Positions 52,832 to 64,000 of a DNA stretch of 64,000 nucleotides are shown here, piece by piece. This DNA is from Ramazzottius varieornatus. Taxonomy: Eukaryota; Animalia; Tardigrada. Position numbers and translations under genes: made by a program. Each line of letters opens with the position of its first letter. The stretch's first letter is position 1. The stretch is from the NCBI GenBank assembly GCA_001949185.1, contig BDGG01000002.1, positions 8,603,990-8,667,989 on the forward strand, written 5' to 3'. The notes under the pieces were generated by a model, which was given only the letters and a program-made list of their open reading frames with translations, was not told where the DNA came from and made no database searches.

Positions 52832-53733
52832 ATGATGGCATTCTGGCATGTGATCTCTATTGTCTTCCTTCTATCCGAGGCAAGAGCGCAGCACGGTAAC
52901 TCATTCCCCCACAGCCCATCCGATTATGGATCCACTGCTGCCGGCGGGGCGTCTAGCGGCAGTGGTAACAACAACAATGGCTCGCCTTCCACTTACGGCA
53001 ATGGAAATACGGGTATGTCAAAAATTCCGTTTCTCGAGTTCCTCGTGTTGATCATGCCTACTGTAGAGAGATCTACCGCAAGTAACGGGCGGCTGATCAT
53101 CACGTCTTTGCAGGCTCCTCACACAGCTACGACTTGACAGGAATGAACGCGTACGGTGGCTCCTACGACAATGGCGGTAACAACAACAACTACACCTACC
53201 CACCTGTCGTCACCACCACCATGCAGCCAGTTTCGACAATGCCACCGATGAACTGTCCGGGTAGCGCCCCGATCGGCTGCCGCTTTGTGCCGTTGATTGA
53301 TCCACTGAGCGGTGGCCTAGTGTATTGTCTGCTGATATGTGATCAGCCCGTCCCCACATCGCCCGCCACCCCCACTACCCCAGCCCCCACTGGCCCCAGC
53401 ACCACCACCATAAGGACCACAACCCCTATGTCGTCCACCACTGACGATCCTCGAGCGGTCCAGATCGAATCTTGTATTTCGGCTGGACAGATGCCCTCTA
53501 CTAATTGCTCGTTCAACGGTGCCAGTAATCCCCCACCTGCACTGACCTGTGCGGTGACCTGCGGGCAGGGACCGTTCGGCCCTCCTTGTGACCGTACAGC
53601 CGGTACTATCATTGACATGTGCCTCTGTGTCTTCGGGCCTCCCAGCGCGAACTGCACTTACACTTTTAGAGGCAACATGTCACCTCTTACTTGTCCTCAG
53701 ATATGCGTTGCCAGACCCTTCACTGGCGTCTAG
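52832..53733 (+). CDS. Secreted Gly/Asn-, Pro/Thr- and Cys-rich protein (~266 aa; exons 52832-53012, 53114-53733)
   Basis: Signal-peptide-like MMAFWHVISIVFLLSEARAQ, mucin-like PT tract, Cys-rich C-terminal module; phase-1 intron. Confidence 0.8.
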
Positions 53734-54106
53734 TGCTAGCAACGATACGGTACACCGATATCGTATCGAAATATATCGAATCTTCGCGATAAAATATGCG
53801 GCAGATATCGAAAATATCGATATGAAGATCATATCGAATCACGCAATAAAATATTGGGCGGTATCGTATCGCGCCATATCGATATATTTCCGATATATCG
53901 TTACTTTGCTGAATGGCATACTCGGCAGTTATATCACTCTTACTAAAGACTACAGTTGATCGAACGATATATCGAAAATACGGTATCGGAAAAATATCAT
54001 GTCGAAATATCGACACCGAACGAATATCGAAGACCGCGATAAAATACCCGCGGATATTTTATCGAAAAATATCGTATCGAATTTTATCGTATTTTTGCCA
54101 GCACTA
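53731..54106. mobile_element. ATATCG-rich hAT-type MITE
   Basis: TIR TAGTGCTAGCAA / TTGCCAGCACTA; 8-bp TSD CTGGCGTC / CCGGCGTC. Confidence 0.88.
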
Positions 54107-54409
54107 CCGGCGTCCAACGTTCAATGTCCTAAGTGTCAGTAACTGAGTAACGTCTTTATCATTTTCTCATGGTGCTGAAAATATAATTAAAAACTTCAAA
54201 TCGATAAATCGGTTCTGGTTTCACAACTTCTATAGCTGTTGAGAAATCTTGACAATGGAGTAGTAATTTCTACTTTTTTATCACGTCGCGCAAGCAAGCT
54301 TTTACATGACTCACGGGCAAAACATGTAGAAGCTTGCTTGCGTGACGTAACAAAGAAGCGAGCATTGTTAGGTACGCTGTACCCGAGGTGGTTCGAACAA
54401 TATTTTGCA

Positions 54410-54602
54410 CACGCACGATAGGAATTTACGGTTCAGTGAAAATTATGGGACAAGCGGAAAGGACGGCAAAATGGAAAATCGACCGTAGAAAAGTGTCGAA
54501 AAGGGTATTACTGTGAATCAGTCGCATACGTGCTTCCGCAACGCCGTAGCGAAAATACCTGTCCCATAATTGTTACCACCCCATAATTACCCATCGTGTG
54601 TG
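54410..54602. mobile_element. MITE, second copy of the 35836-35982 family
   Basis: CACGCACGATAGG ... CCCATCGTGTGTG with shared internal sequence. Confidence 0.78.
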
Positions 54603-54686
54603 TGCCCTTGATGTATATGCCCGAATGGATGGCCCTTCAAGTCACCCTGAGCAGTCGGCTCAGTCTGATTTTAGCAGGATAAGCCG

Positions 54687-56621
54687 TCATCTTCTACACG
54701 TAAGCCTTACTGACGAGAGGATTTAGCCTCCCCTCCCGTCTCAATTCCGTAACCGAAACAGTAGGAAGATAGAAAAGAGCTTCCTCTATCAACTGGGACA
54801 GTCGTAGCCGGCTCAAAGATATTCTGGAAAATACAGCAGGAAGCGAAAGCGACGTCCATTGCCGAAACCAACCTGTTGAATGGTTATACCGAAGATGATT
54901 TCGATACTACTCCAGACGATCGTCTCACGAACTACGAACCTCTATCTAACGAAACTGAGCCGTCGTCGCCCGAGCTTTTCTTCCCTGGAATACCGGATCC
55001 CAAAGTTCCATTTGACCAAGCAGCCGACGTTGACTACAAGAAACGAGCCGTGAATTTCTAGACTGAGCCAGTCACCAAGAAGTGTCGTGGTCTGTCGTGC
55101 GTGCAAATGAGATTCGAGAAAGCAACAAGCGTAAGTCAGCTGAACGAATGGGAGAAACAGAAAGCAGCGCGAGGCTCGCGAATCGTTAAGCTGAAAGCCA
55201 TACGACCGGAGACGGGAAAACCGTTTTTCCTCGCCAAGCAGGAACCTCACATCGTAAAAGACACAACAAACCGTAATCTTGGTCTGGCTGGCTTTACAGC
55301 TTCGTCTTGGTGGGTTGCGAAATTCAAACGGTACGTGTGGAGCGAGAGGCAGTACCGATGTTATCAAGCAAAATATCGTAATAGATTCTTTCTTTTAGGT
55401 ACTATGGCATTTGCGACAAAAAGATTATCAAGTTTGTCACGGGAAGGTACCTGAAAGAAGAAGCGGAAATGAAGAAGAGCGCAGATGAACGTGTTGCCTC
55501 TAGTCAAATCAAGGATTCAAGCCTATGGGCTGGACTGCTCATGGAATGCAGACCAGTCGGGCCTTGAGTAACTGTGGATTTTGTCGGCGCGAAACATGTT
55601 TCGGCACTCACGAGATAAGAAAATTCTATGACCTACAGTTATGATGTGCGTCTCTCCAGGTACTCGAAAGTTGTTACCGATTCTCTTCCTGGAAAAAGAC
55701 AATGGTATCTTCGGGCCCATCATCAAACGAACCATGTTTAAAGCTAGAAACCTTCATGCGACCGCTTCAACTTCCGGCAAGATGACCAAGCAGCTGCTCA
55801 TCGAGTGGTGGAAGAGAGTGTTTTTTTCGTATATGCACTGTCACTGCATATTCCTAGCCGATTCTTGGCCGACGTTCGCTGATCAAGACGCTGTCGAGAA
55901 AGTCAGACCCGAAGAGCTCGAGTACGAGATGATCACGATTCCACCCAAAGTAACCGGTCAAATTCAGCCACTTGACGTCCTCTGTTTCCGTATGTACAAG
56001 GGATACTTCCGAAAGATTTCCAACTGGATATTCTCGAATGATCAGTCTGTGTAGGTGCATCACCGAGATGTGATCATTAAACTAAGTTCCTTGATCTATC
56101 AGTAGTTCACTTTACCCAGGTTCCAAAACCCAATCGTACAAGCTTGGCACTTGTCAGGTTACATTGACAATCCCTTTACGTATATGAATCCGACGGAATT
56201 CTGTTTCGATGGTCTGACTGGCCACTGCGACCACGACAGCTGCTCACGTTCGCTGCTTCTAAAATGTGGCTGGTGTAAAGCTCCTCTTTGCTTTCATCAT
56301 TTCTACAAGAAATTCTACTTTTGTAAAATCTATCCTTGACGACAAGAAGCCAAGACGACAGAAAACCTTCCTTGACATGTAGATCCAGACCTCATTCCAA
56401 TTAAATGATAGTCGCCTGATAAAATCAGTAGCCATGTACCGCCCAGATTCTTATGTCACTTCCGCTTCCTGTTGTATTTTCCAGGATATTTTTGAGCCGG
56501 TTAAGGCTGTCACAGTTGATAGAGGAAGCTCTTCTCTATCTTTCTACCGTTTCGGTTTCGGAATTGAGGCTGGAGGAGAGGCTTAATCCCCTCGCGAGTG
56601 CCACTTACGTACAAGACGATG
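54687..56621 (+). mobile_element. Degenerate pogo/Tc4-Tc5-like DDE transposon with long (~165 bp) inverted repeats
   Basis: FTASSWWVAKFKR, WNADQSG, SGKMTK, FLADSW..(37 aa)..IPPKVTGQIQPLDV, and a C-terminal C..C..CGWC..LCFHH finger. 54687-54854 is inverted to 56453-56621. Multiple stops. Confidence 0.85.
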
Positions 56622-59600
56622 ATATCGGTTCGGCTCTCTACGTCGGGACCATACATGCCATTACCCAGCTGCAAGGGTACCAAAAACATTATTGGGATCA
56701 CCTCGGTCACTAAATAGACAGCAACTCGACTGCGAAACCGTGTATGACTGGGTGTCAGGCTAGGCGTTACTCTTGGTTAGCTCCTCACTTCATTATCAAT
56801 AACAGCGTGCTGGCTCCTGAACGCCAGATACGACCAGAAGTAGTTTACGTTGCGCAGTTGATTTTAAGCCCGATCCGTAAGCATGGAATTCTGGGAGAAG
56901 TTCTGCCAGCGGAAAAGACTCTTCCTTTCAGCCTGAGGTACGCCATGCAAGGGTGGACGCTGCTCAAAGCGCACGAGATGATTTACAGGTTTGCTGTGAG
57001 CAGTCTAATCTGCGAACGAAAGCCAGCTACGTTTCACTCATTGGAACGGCATGACTTCGGTGACATCGAACATGGATAACCGTTGAAAGCTCCTCAAAGC
57101 CATTCGTGAAACTGTCAACGTCCATCTTGGTGCCGAAGCAGACAATGGTTTTCTCGCAGTCATCAACGAACCAGGAAAGGAGACTGTCTCTCGTTCACGT
57201 CGAAACACATCGTCCAGCCAGAAACTAACTTCATCTACTTGGGTACAGTTGATAACCTGTTCGTCATGCGGGTTGATTCTCTCGAGCTGCTTTTTCGCTA
57301 CGTGGATCGGTTGTACGAACGCGTCCAAGCTTTCATGCGAGTCTCGGAGATCTGCCATCTGCCCACGAACCAACTGCTCGCATTCAGCTCTCGAGAAGTT
57401 TACAACCTCTTTGACCAGATGATTGCGGCTAGTCAAATACGCGATACCAACTGATACATCAGCAAAATGTCCAGTGTCGATAGAAACTAATTTTGAGAAA
57501 GCTTAGAACTCGTAAAAACTATCAGGTGCGCCAATACTGTATTGTAGTATCTTTGCTGGGAAAGCTTCAAAAATCAATCTATGAAAAGAGAGAAAAGTAA
57601 AAAGGATCGCGCTAATCTTCAGAAACGTTTTGGCAAAATGTAGATTGTGGAAATTAAAAGTTGTGCAAAAGAGTTTGAAAAACATATTGGCAGCAGTTCC
57701 TCCAATGCCGACACTCTCACATTGAGCACAACAGTAAAAAATACTGTCTCGTTGGTGAGCGAAACGGAATTCTACCAAGTCCCTTCTTACCGTTTGCGGT
57801 TGGAGCGACGCTTTGCTGCTGCGCTCACAAGCTCAATTCTAGCGCTGTTCGATTCGCGCAATGGGCTGGTGGAGGCTGATCGGCGGAGGCCAGAGACGCC
57901 TTTTAACCAGTACGTCTTTTCCGAGTGTTGTCTGAGGCTTGCGGCATTGCGGGTCCCTGACTGCTAGCTTCGTCCTTCTGCCCCTTCTTCGGGCGGCCTC
58001 GTACTTTTACAGCAGGTGCAGCAGCGCTAAGAGCTTCATGCAAAAAACAATGGCGAATACAGAAGCTGTCACGCATACCTAAAGGTGGACCATCCCTTAC
58101 CTCGATACTGCAGAGACTTCCAGTATTTTTTCTGCACATCCAGCACCACTTTGATTTCCTCCACCATTCTATGTACAAACCACAAAAACCACCCATCATA
58201 ACGTTCGGTACAAAATGCGGTAACGTGAATGCCTTACACGTCCGATGGATAGAGGGAGCGTCCATGCGAAGGACTCTCCTCCACAAAGGGAAAGCCCATC
58301 AGAGCGCGCATGACGGCCTCGGAGCATTTCTCCAAGACCTCACGGTTATATTCTCTCTCCAGAGTCAAGACCACCTTACGCCGACCAGGCTATTCAGCAT
58401 GTGCGTCATGTGAAAGTAGGCGGCGGGGCTCAGTCGACAATCACAGAACTCACCCTCGCCCGTCGAATCCACAACACCAAGACGACTTCTGGTGCGAACT
58501 ACAACCAAGCAATATTATGACGAGACGTTTCATTTCCACTATCGTCAGTACAGTATTCACCTCATAAGCCACTGGCCTGACCACTTGCAGGAAGATTGCC
58601 ATGTAGTCGCCGTCAGTCTTGTCGGCACCGACCCACGGGACGTTGATATTAGATCCTTTGCCCTTATGATCGCCCACATGAAAGGCGTTCTTTTGTGGGC
58701 CGGGCGGGTAAAAGTCGTTTCTTAAAGGATTTTCATTCCGCAGGCCCGCACGGTGTATCGAGACATACAGTACCCTGTATCAACAAAGCCAAAGATCCGT
58801 CCGAAATATCAGCCCAACTTTGAATGTGCCACTTGTCATGCGCCCTTGTGGCACTGCGGCTCGATGGTTGGGTTGCCCATGTTGAACGATGTTCAAACAA
58901 GGCGTCACGGTACCTTGGGTCACTATAAAATGCTTCTTGCACACCGTCACCGTGGTGTATGTCCGAAGGGTCTCAGTGACGATAGCCACGTTATTAGCAA
59001 AGCAAACCGGCGGCGTGAGTCTGATGAGCATGGTGTCCCGGAGAGCTAAAATGGCAATTATTCCGTTCAATCTGGCAGAAGAGACAGCACAAGTTTGCTT
59101 TTGACTACCGAATAATGGCGAATCCGTTGGTTGAGCGGTTGCTCATGACTTGGTCGACGACAGCTTGCAGGGCTCCCACAGCGGTTAGGATGGACGATTG
59201 CGAGTACTGAAAGGTGGCGACCACGGTTAGAATTACATGGGAACGAATGGCTGGGCAGTCACGTACCAGGGCAGCGTACAGATCATCGGGCCATCGTTCT
59301 ACAGGAGGAGCATGCTTTTTCTGGTACTCCACCTGTGCCACAAACTGCTGCGGCTCCAGGTACAGAAAGGTGACATACTCTGGCCTGCAAGTGACTATTT
59401 TGAGCACATGATGCTCTTTATCAACGGGTTATAGGCCAATTTCGACTTACGATAGGCAAGCAGCCAGAACCGCCTGCTCAACTGGTTGGACCTAGCACAC
59501 AACAAGATGGTGGCGGGGTGGGACAGAAAGTCACAACAGAGCATTTCTGCGGCACATGGCTTTCACTGCACTGCTAGGTCTTTCCATATGACTTTCCGCT

Positions 59601-60012
59601 TTTTGGGGGATTACTTTTGACAACCCTTTTTTAAATATGCAAAGCAACCTTTCTTTGTATGTGTTACTCAACGGTAAGAACGAGCTCTCCGTGTTTTCCA
59701 TCGCCGAACCAAAGCGATTCGATGAGAAGATTGAGAAAACCAGACAGGAGCAGCGCCTAGTGTTGACCAGGGCTTGTTCGCAACTTTTTACCACACAGCC
59801 AGCTACTCTTTTCTTGGAAACCAGCCTTTCTGCAGTACTGCATAGCTTGGGCTACAAATCGAAGGCAGTAACCCCGGGAAGAAACGAACGCTGATTTCGT
59901 ACGAAGAAAGTTTTGCGAATTACACGGTGGTGCGTAGCGCTTTTCTGTGTGCCAGTTCACTGAGGAAACAACTTTTTGGCTGCTTCTTCTCACTTGATCG
60001 AGAGGGCAAATA

Positions 60013-60893
60013 CACTGAGTCCCATATTTATCTTTCCCCCCCCCCCGTACATCTATTCAAAAATTCATAACTTATTTTGAAGTAACCCGATTTTAGTACC
60101 TCGAACGTCTTTAGGAGGATGGATTTGTTATCTTCACCACGACTTGACTTCCGTGCGATACAATCAACTAATCAACTGGTAATAATCAGCCCTGCAGACC
60201 CAAAACAGCGCTGTTTTCGGTTCTGTGCTGCGGAAGCCAGCCATACGTCAGCCGAACAAGCTTATCAATATAGCGTATAGTTCACATCGGGCTTTCGAAC
60301 AAGCGCACGGGAGAATTGTTCGGAGCGTTGTAAAGAAAGTTTCGTTAATGGGCCGATGTGGGTGTTTTGCCGCGCAAAATACACTGCGTTTTGCTGAACT
60401 ATTGGTATCTTCCGTTCTGGATGGCCGACCCGTTCAGAACACAAAGCCTGGTTGACCTTATGGAAGTGGCTATCATTTTAACGTTATTGTGCAGCGCGGA
60501 TGTTGAAGACAAGGCATCCGAAATATTCACCACCGAAAATATCCGAGAACACTGCCTGGTTGACATGATGACAAAACTTTTTCTTCAGAGCTCCAAAAGA
60601 TTCTTCCGTGGGCTTGTTCGAAAGCCCGATATTGACTCTACGTTACGTTGACAAGCTTGTCTTGCTGGCGGATGGCTGGCTTCGGCAGCAACGAGCCGAA
60701 AACAACGCTGTTTTGGGGTCTGCAGAACTGATTTTTGTTAGTTAATTTGTTGATAAGATCGCACGAGAGTCACGTGGTCATGAAAAGGGATCATTGGTCT
60801 CTGCACAGATGTTCGAGATATTAAAATCGGGATACTGTGAGATGAGTTATGATTTGTTCAGTGAAAGTGGGGATGGACATATGAGGCTCAGTG
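60013..60893. mobile_element. Non-autonomous TIR element with ~270-bp imperfect inverted arms
   Basis: TA-CACTGAGTCCCATAT ... ATATGAGGCTCAGTG; inner arms CTGCAGACCCCAAAACAGCG... / ...CGCTGTTTTGGGGTCTGCAG. Confidence 0.78.
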
Positions 60894-61365
60894 TGAGGGT
60901 GGTTTCTTATGATATACCAAAGTACCCTTCGTTATAATTCGAGGTTTCAAAATTTTCGCTTTCTCCAGGAATACAGGACACGATGTTTTGTGTCATCAGT
61001 TTATAGTTCTTGAATGGGTGAATTTCCACCTAGCTCTCTGCTCGGTCAGTTCTTTTCCAACTGAATCAAACGGCCTTTCTTTAGTACAGTCTTCGACTCT
61101 GATGGCTCGTTGTTTGAATGACCGCTACTGTTTTTGTAGGGCCGCAGTATTCTTTCTTGCGAACTGAGGTCAAAATTTTGAAAAACGAGAGTAACGAAAA
61201 CCGTTTCTGATTATCGACTGAAAGCGGGGTGAGAACTTCCACGCAAGATTTTATAAGAATAATGCGTATTTCATACAAAATTTCTTTGAAAGAATGATGC
61301 GTATTTCAAACAAAATCTGAAAAAAAGGTCGACCCGGTTCGGAGATACAATTTTTCAAGGGGAAG

Positions 61366-61924
61366 GCTCCGCACACCACCTCTCACCACCGTAGTCTCCT
61401 AATACCACCTTTCGAATCCAACTCATCACTGCAGTTTACTCCGTACACCACTTTCCAACTAAGGGCCACTACCAATGACTTCGAGCACCACTTTTTGCCA
61501 GATTGGTTCTCATTACTTAGTCTTGGAGAAGAAAGTTAGACCCCGCTTCTATCGTGATTATAAATGGCAAGAAGAGTTTATCCACAGCAGGATCTTTGAG
61601 GATCGTGAGTCCTTCCTGTTCTCTGAACTTGCCAGAACACCGGTAACTCTTTGGTTATAGTGACCGGGCATCGATAACCCACTCTGGTACCAGGACTCCC
61701 CCGACGGCGTGACAGTTGCTCGACCTTTTTACAATTGAAACAGTATAAGAACAACTTCAGCAGTTCTTTTCTTGTGAAAGATGCTCTCTCCGGACAAGAG
61801 TGGTGCGCAGATATATTAAATTCTAATTAATTAACGGTGGTGAACGAAAGATGGTACGTCCAGACAAACGGTGGTGGAAAGGTGGTATCAGGAGACTACG
61901 GTGGTGAGAGGTGGTGGGCGGAGC
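61366..61924. repeat. ~50-bp inverted repeat pair (probable MITE or subterminal IRs)
   Basis: GCTCCGCACACCACCTCTCACCACCGTAGTCTCCTAATACCACCTTTC vs GAAAGGTGGTATCAGGAGACTACGGTGGTGAGAGGTGGTGGGCGGAGC. Confidence 0.8.
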
Positions 61925-63584
61925 ACTTTTCATTTTTCAAAGTCATACTTCAAAAGCGCAAGTTCATATGGAAAGACCTAATAGTTTCAAGGTAGTACTG
62001 ACTGTTACTGGGGTGCAGGCGTCAAGAAGGCCCTTGGCATGTAAACGATCATGGATGCGGCGGATGCACTCCGGCTGATCCAGCACAGGCCAGCCAACCG
62101 TCTTAGGTAGCACCAGTCCTTGCAGGTGTCGACGGACCTTCGGAGACTGTTCAATTGCGGACGAGCATCTTTTGGCTGGACCTCTTGGAAGCGCAAGCTT
62201 TTCCAGTAGGGCCGTAGGGCGCTGAGCATATTCAGTGCGCTAACCACCACACTAACACATCGTCCATACGTCAGAATCAGGCGGCATGCAATCGTGTAAC
62301 TTTGCCTACGTGGTGCGCCAGCTGCATCAAGCATGACAGTACCTGCGATGTGGCGCACCAAGGCTGGGTAGAATGTGGCAAGGTCGGCCCAGCAGCCTCT
62401 CCAGGGTGCAAAAGGCGCTTTCGGCTAACGACTCCAAACATTAGCCACCCTATAGTTGATCACAAAGAACAGATGCCAGTCCTACTGTAGGTGAATATTC
62501 ATATGCTGACAGTACCTCTAGAATGACGGCCAGTTTTCCTTGAACAAGAGCACACAACATGTGCGTCCAGTGTCCATAGGCAGCCGGCGACACCAGCATT
62601 CGTCCCTCGGGGCACCTAATAGCTGAATCGTACCCGGCAGACACCAAGACAAATTCCGGGTCGAACCAGACCAACCAGAAAAGATATGGTTGTGCCTGAT
62701 GCAATTACCTGTATCGCTTTACGGATACTCCATAGGCGACGCCCGACGGGTAAGATGATCTGCTGGAAAATGGCCAGGCAATCGGCATCGCCCAGTCCCC
62801 TTCCACTCAGCGCAATGTTTACGTTGTATCCCTTTCCTTGGCATTCGCCACTGCGGTCGAAATTACTTTCGGGCAAATGCGGCCAGAATCGTCCGTTCAC
62901 GTACCGATGAATGGAAATCGCCGCCATGCCGCCGCCATGCCGCTGCGTAAGTTTCTTCGCCAAATGCGATTGACGAGATCGATAGCGCTCCCTGCAGCCA
63001 GCAAAGCCACTTCCTCAGAAACCTAGTGAGCAAAAGGCGATTGGACACTTCTTTCACAGCGGACGAATAATCACAAACCTTACGTTGTTGATATAGACCT
63101 CTTCGAACTGCTCCGAGAAAGCTTTGAAGTTGGCAAAGTCCTTCCCTGGATCGCTGGCGCAGCATCGGTTGAGTGTATCAATTAGACTCACGTCCTGCAC
63201 AGCCTCCACATCCTTCCGCGAAGCGAGTCACCCCTGTAGATCGTAAGCGCTCTCCAAACATACGCGGACCAGACACAGATGCGATTCAGAGGTGAAACCT
63301 GCCTATCTTGAAGATTTGACACTCCCCCAGCAGATCACCTGAAGAATACAGTTCTTACCAATTGCATAGCACTTTGATTGCGCACCGAGCAACCAATGTC
63401 AGATTCTGCTGACATTCAACAGATGACACCACTGTATAACATTGTTCTAATACTGGCCATCTTTCCTGAACCCATGACAGACCCTTATCCGGTCCTTCTT
63501 CCAGCCGCCGCATAATGGCACAAGTCCTTTGCGGACGTTCCGCGTGGCGGGGATCCCAGGCGCCAAACTGCCGTTCACTCTGCT

Positions 63585-63829
63585 CCGCGGTGCCCCGCCA
63601 AACAGGACTTAGTGGAAAACCGTTGGGGAATGGCAATGTCGACCCTCACGTCACGAGCCGATCCGTTATATTATCCGTGTACGTACGTCACACTCATGGA
63701 GCCGTCTCGTAGGAAAATTCGGGTTCGCTTAAAATAACCGAGTCAGTGATCAGCTGATCGTGACGTCAGAGGCGACACATACAATGAAAACGTTTTTTCC
63801 ACTAACTCTTGTTTGCCGGGGCACCGCTG
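63585..63829. mobile_element. hAT-type MITE inserted in the first catalytic exon of the HDAC6 pseudogene
   Basis: Perfect 8-bp TSD ACTCTGCT and ~35-bp TIRs; removing the element restores LVYNEQSERQFGAWDP. Confidence 0.9.
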
Positions 63830-64000
63830 ACTCTGCTCGTTGTAGACCAGCCCCGTTTTGCTGGAACAGCAAGCAGGACCCCAGCATGCTTGATTGGCTT
63901 CTTGGTTTGTTCAAGCGGTAGTAGGACGCAGCGGTAGCATACCTTGCACGCTCCGGACGCATCGCCTCCATCCTCGGTTATGATCCCACAGAAACGTACA

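Larger units (their letters stand above)
58270..63870 (-). pseudogene. HDAC6: HDAC6-like (two catalytic domains) intron-containing pseudogene with TE insertions
   Basis: CD1: TGLVYNEQ..WDPRHAERPQR, SIHRYVNGRFWPHLPESNFD..GKGYNVNIAL, FDPEFVLVSAGYDSA, LRPYWKSL. CD2: NGFAIIR, CFANNVAI, GKGSNINVPW..DGDYMAIFLQVVRPVAYE, VVLTLEREYN. Many frameshifts and deletions. Confidence 0.85.

Noticed and set aside
56750-57440. Possible DEAD-box helicase remnant on the minus strand (EKTIVCFGTKMDVD)
   Set aside because: Only one motif-IV-like match; DEAD, SAT and HRIGR motifs are not seen.

Overview
Gene-dense, short-intron animal DNA of moderate GC, with one 448-N gap at 31105-31552. Gene style and the expanded divergent GPCR/GST families suggest a compact invertebrate genome such as a tardigrade; this is inference only. 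Apparently intact spliced genes: three omega-class GSTs (active-site motifs CPYA, CPFA and an unusual SPYC), a shortened CCDC186-like coiled-coil gene, five class-A GPCR-like genes (plus one GPCR pseudogene and one fragment), a BTB-BACK gene, a tandem-PEBP-domain gene, a secreted Pro/Thr/Cys-rich protein and a small single-pass membrane ORF. Between them lie decayed copies of housekeeping genes, most still carrying introns: ILRUN, guanylyl cyclase, Roquin, AspRS, HDAC6, and a core-deleted histone H3 whose tail has K9R and K27R. There are also many DNA-transposon relics (DD37D/maT, Tc1-like, Tc4/Tc5-pogo-like, EnSpm/CACTA-like) and more than 10 MITEs, several with clear TA or 8-bp target-site duplications. 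All family assignments come from recognising motifs by eye, not from database searches. Exon boundaries are manual GT-AG reconstructions.
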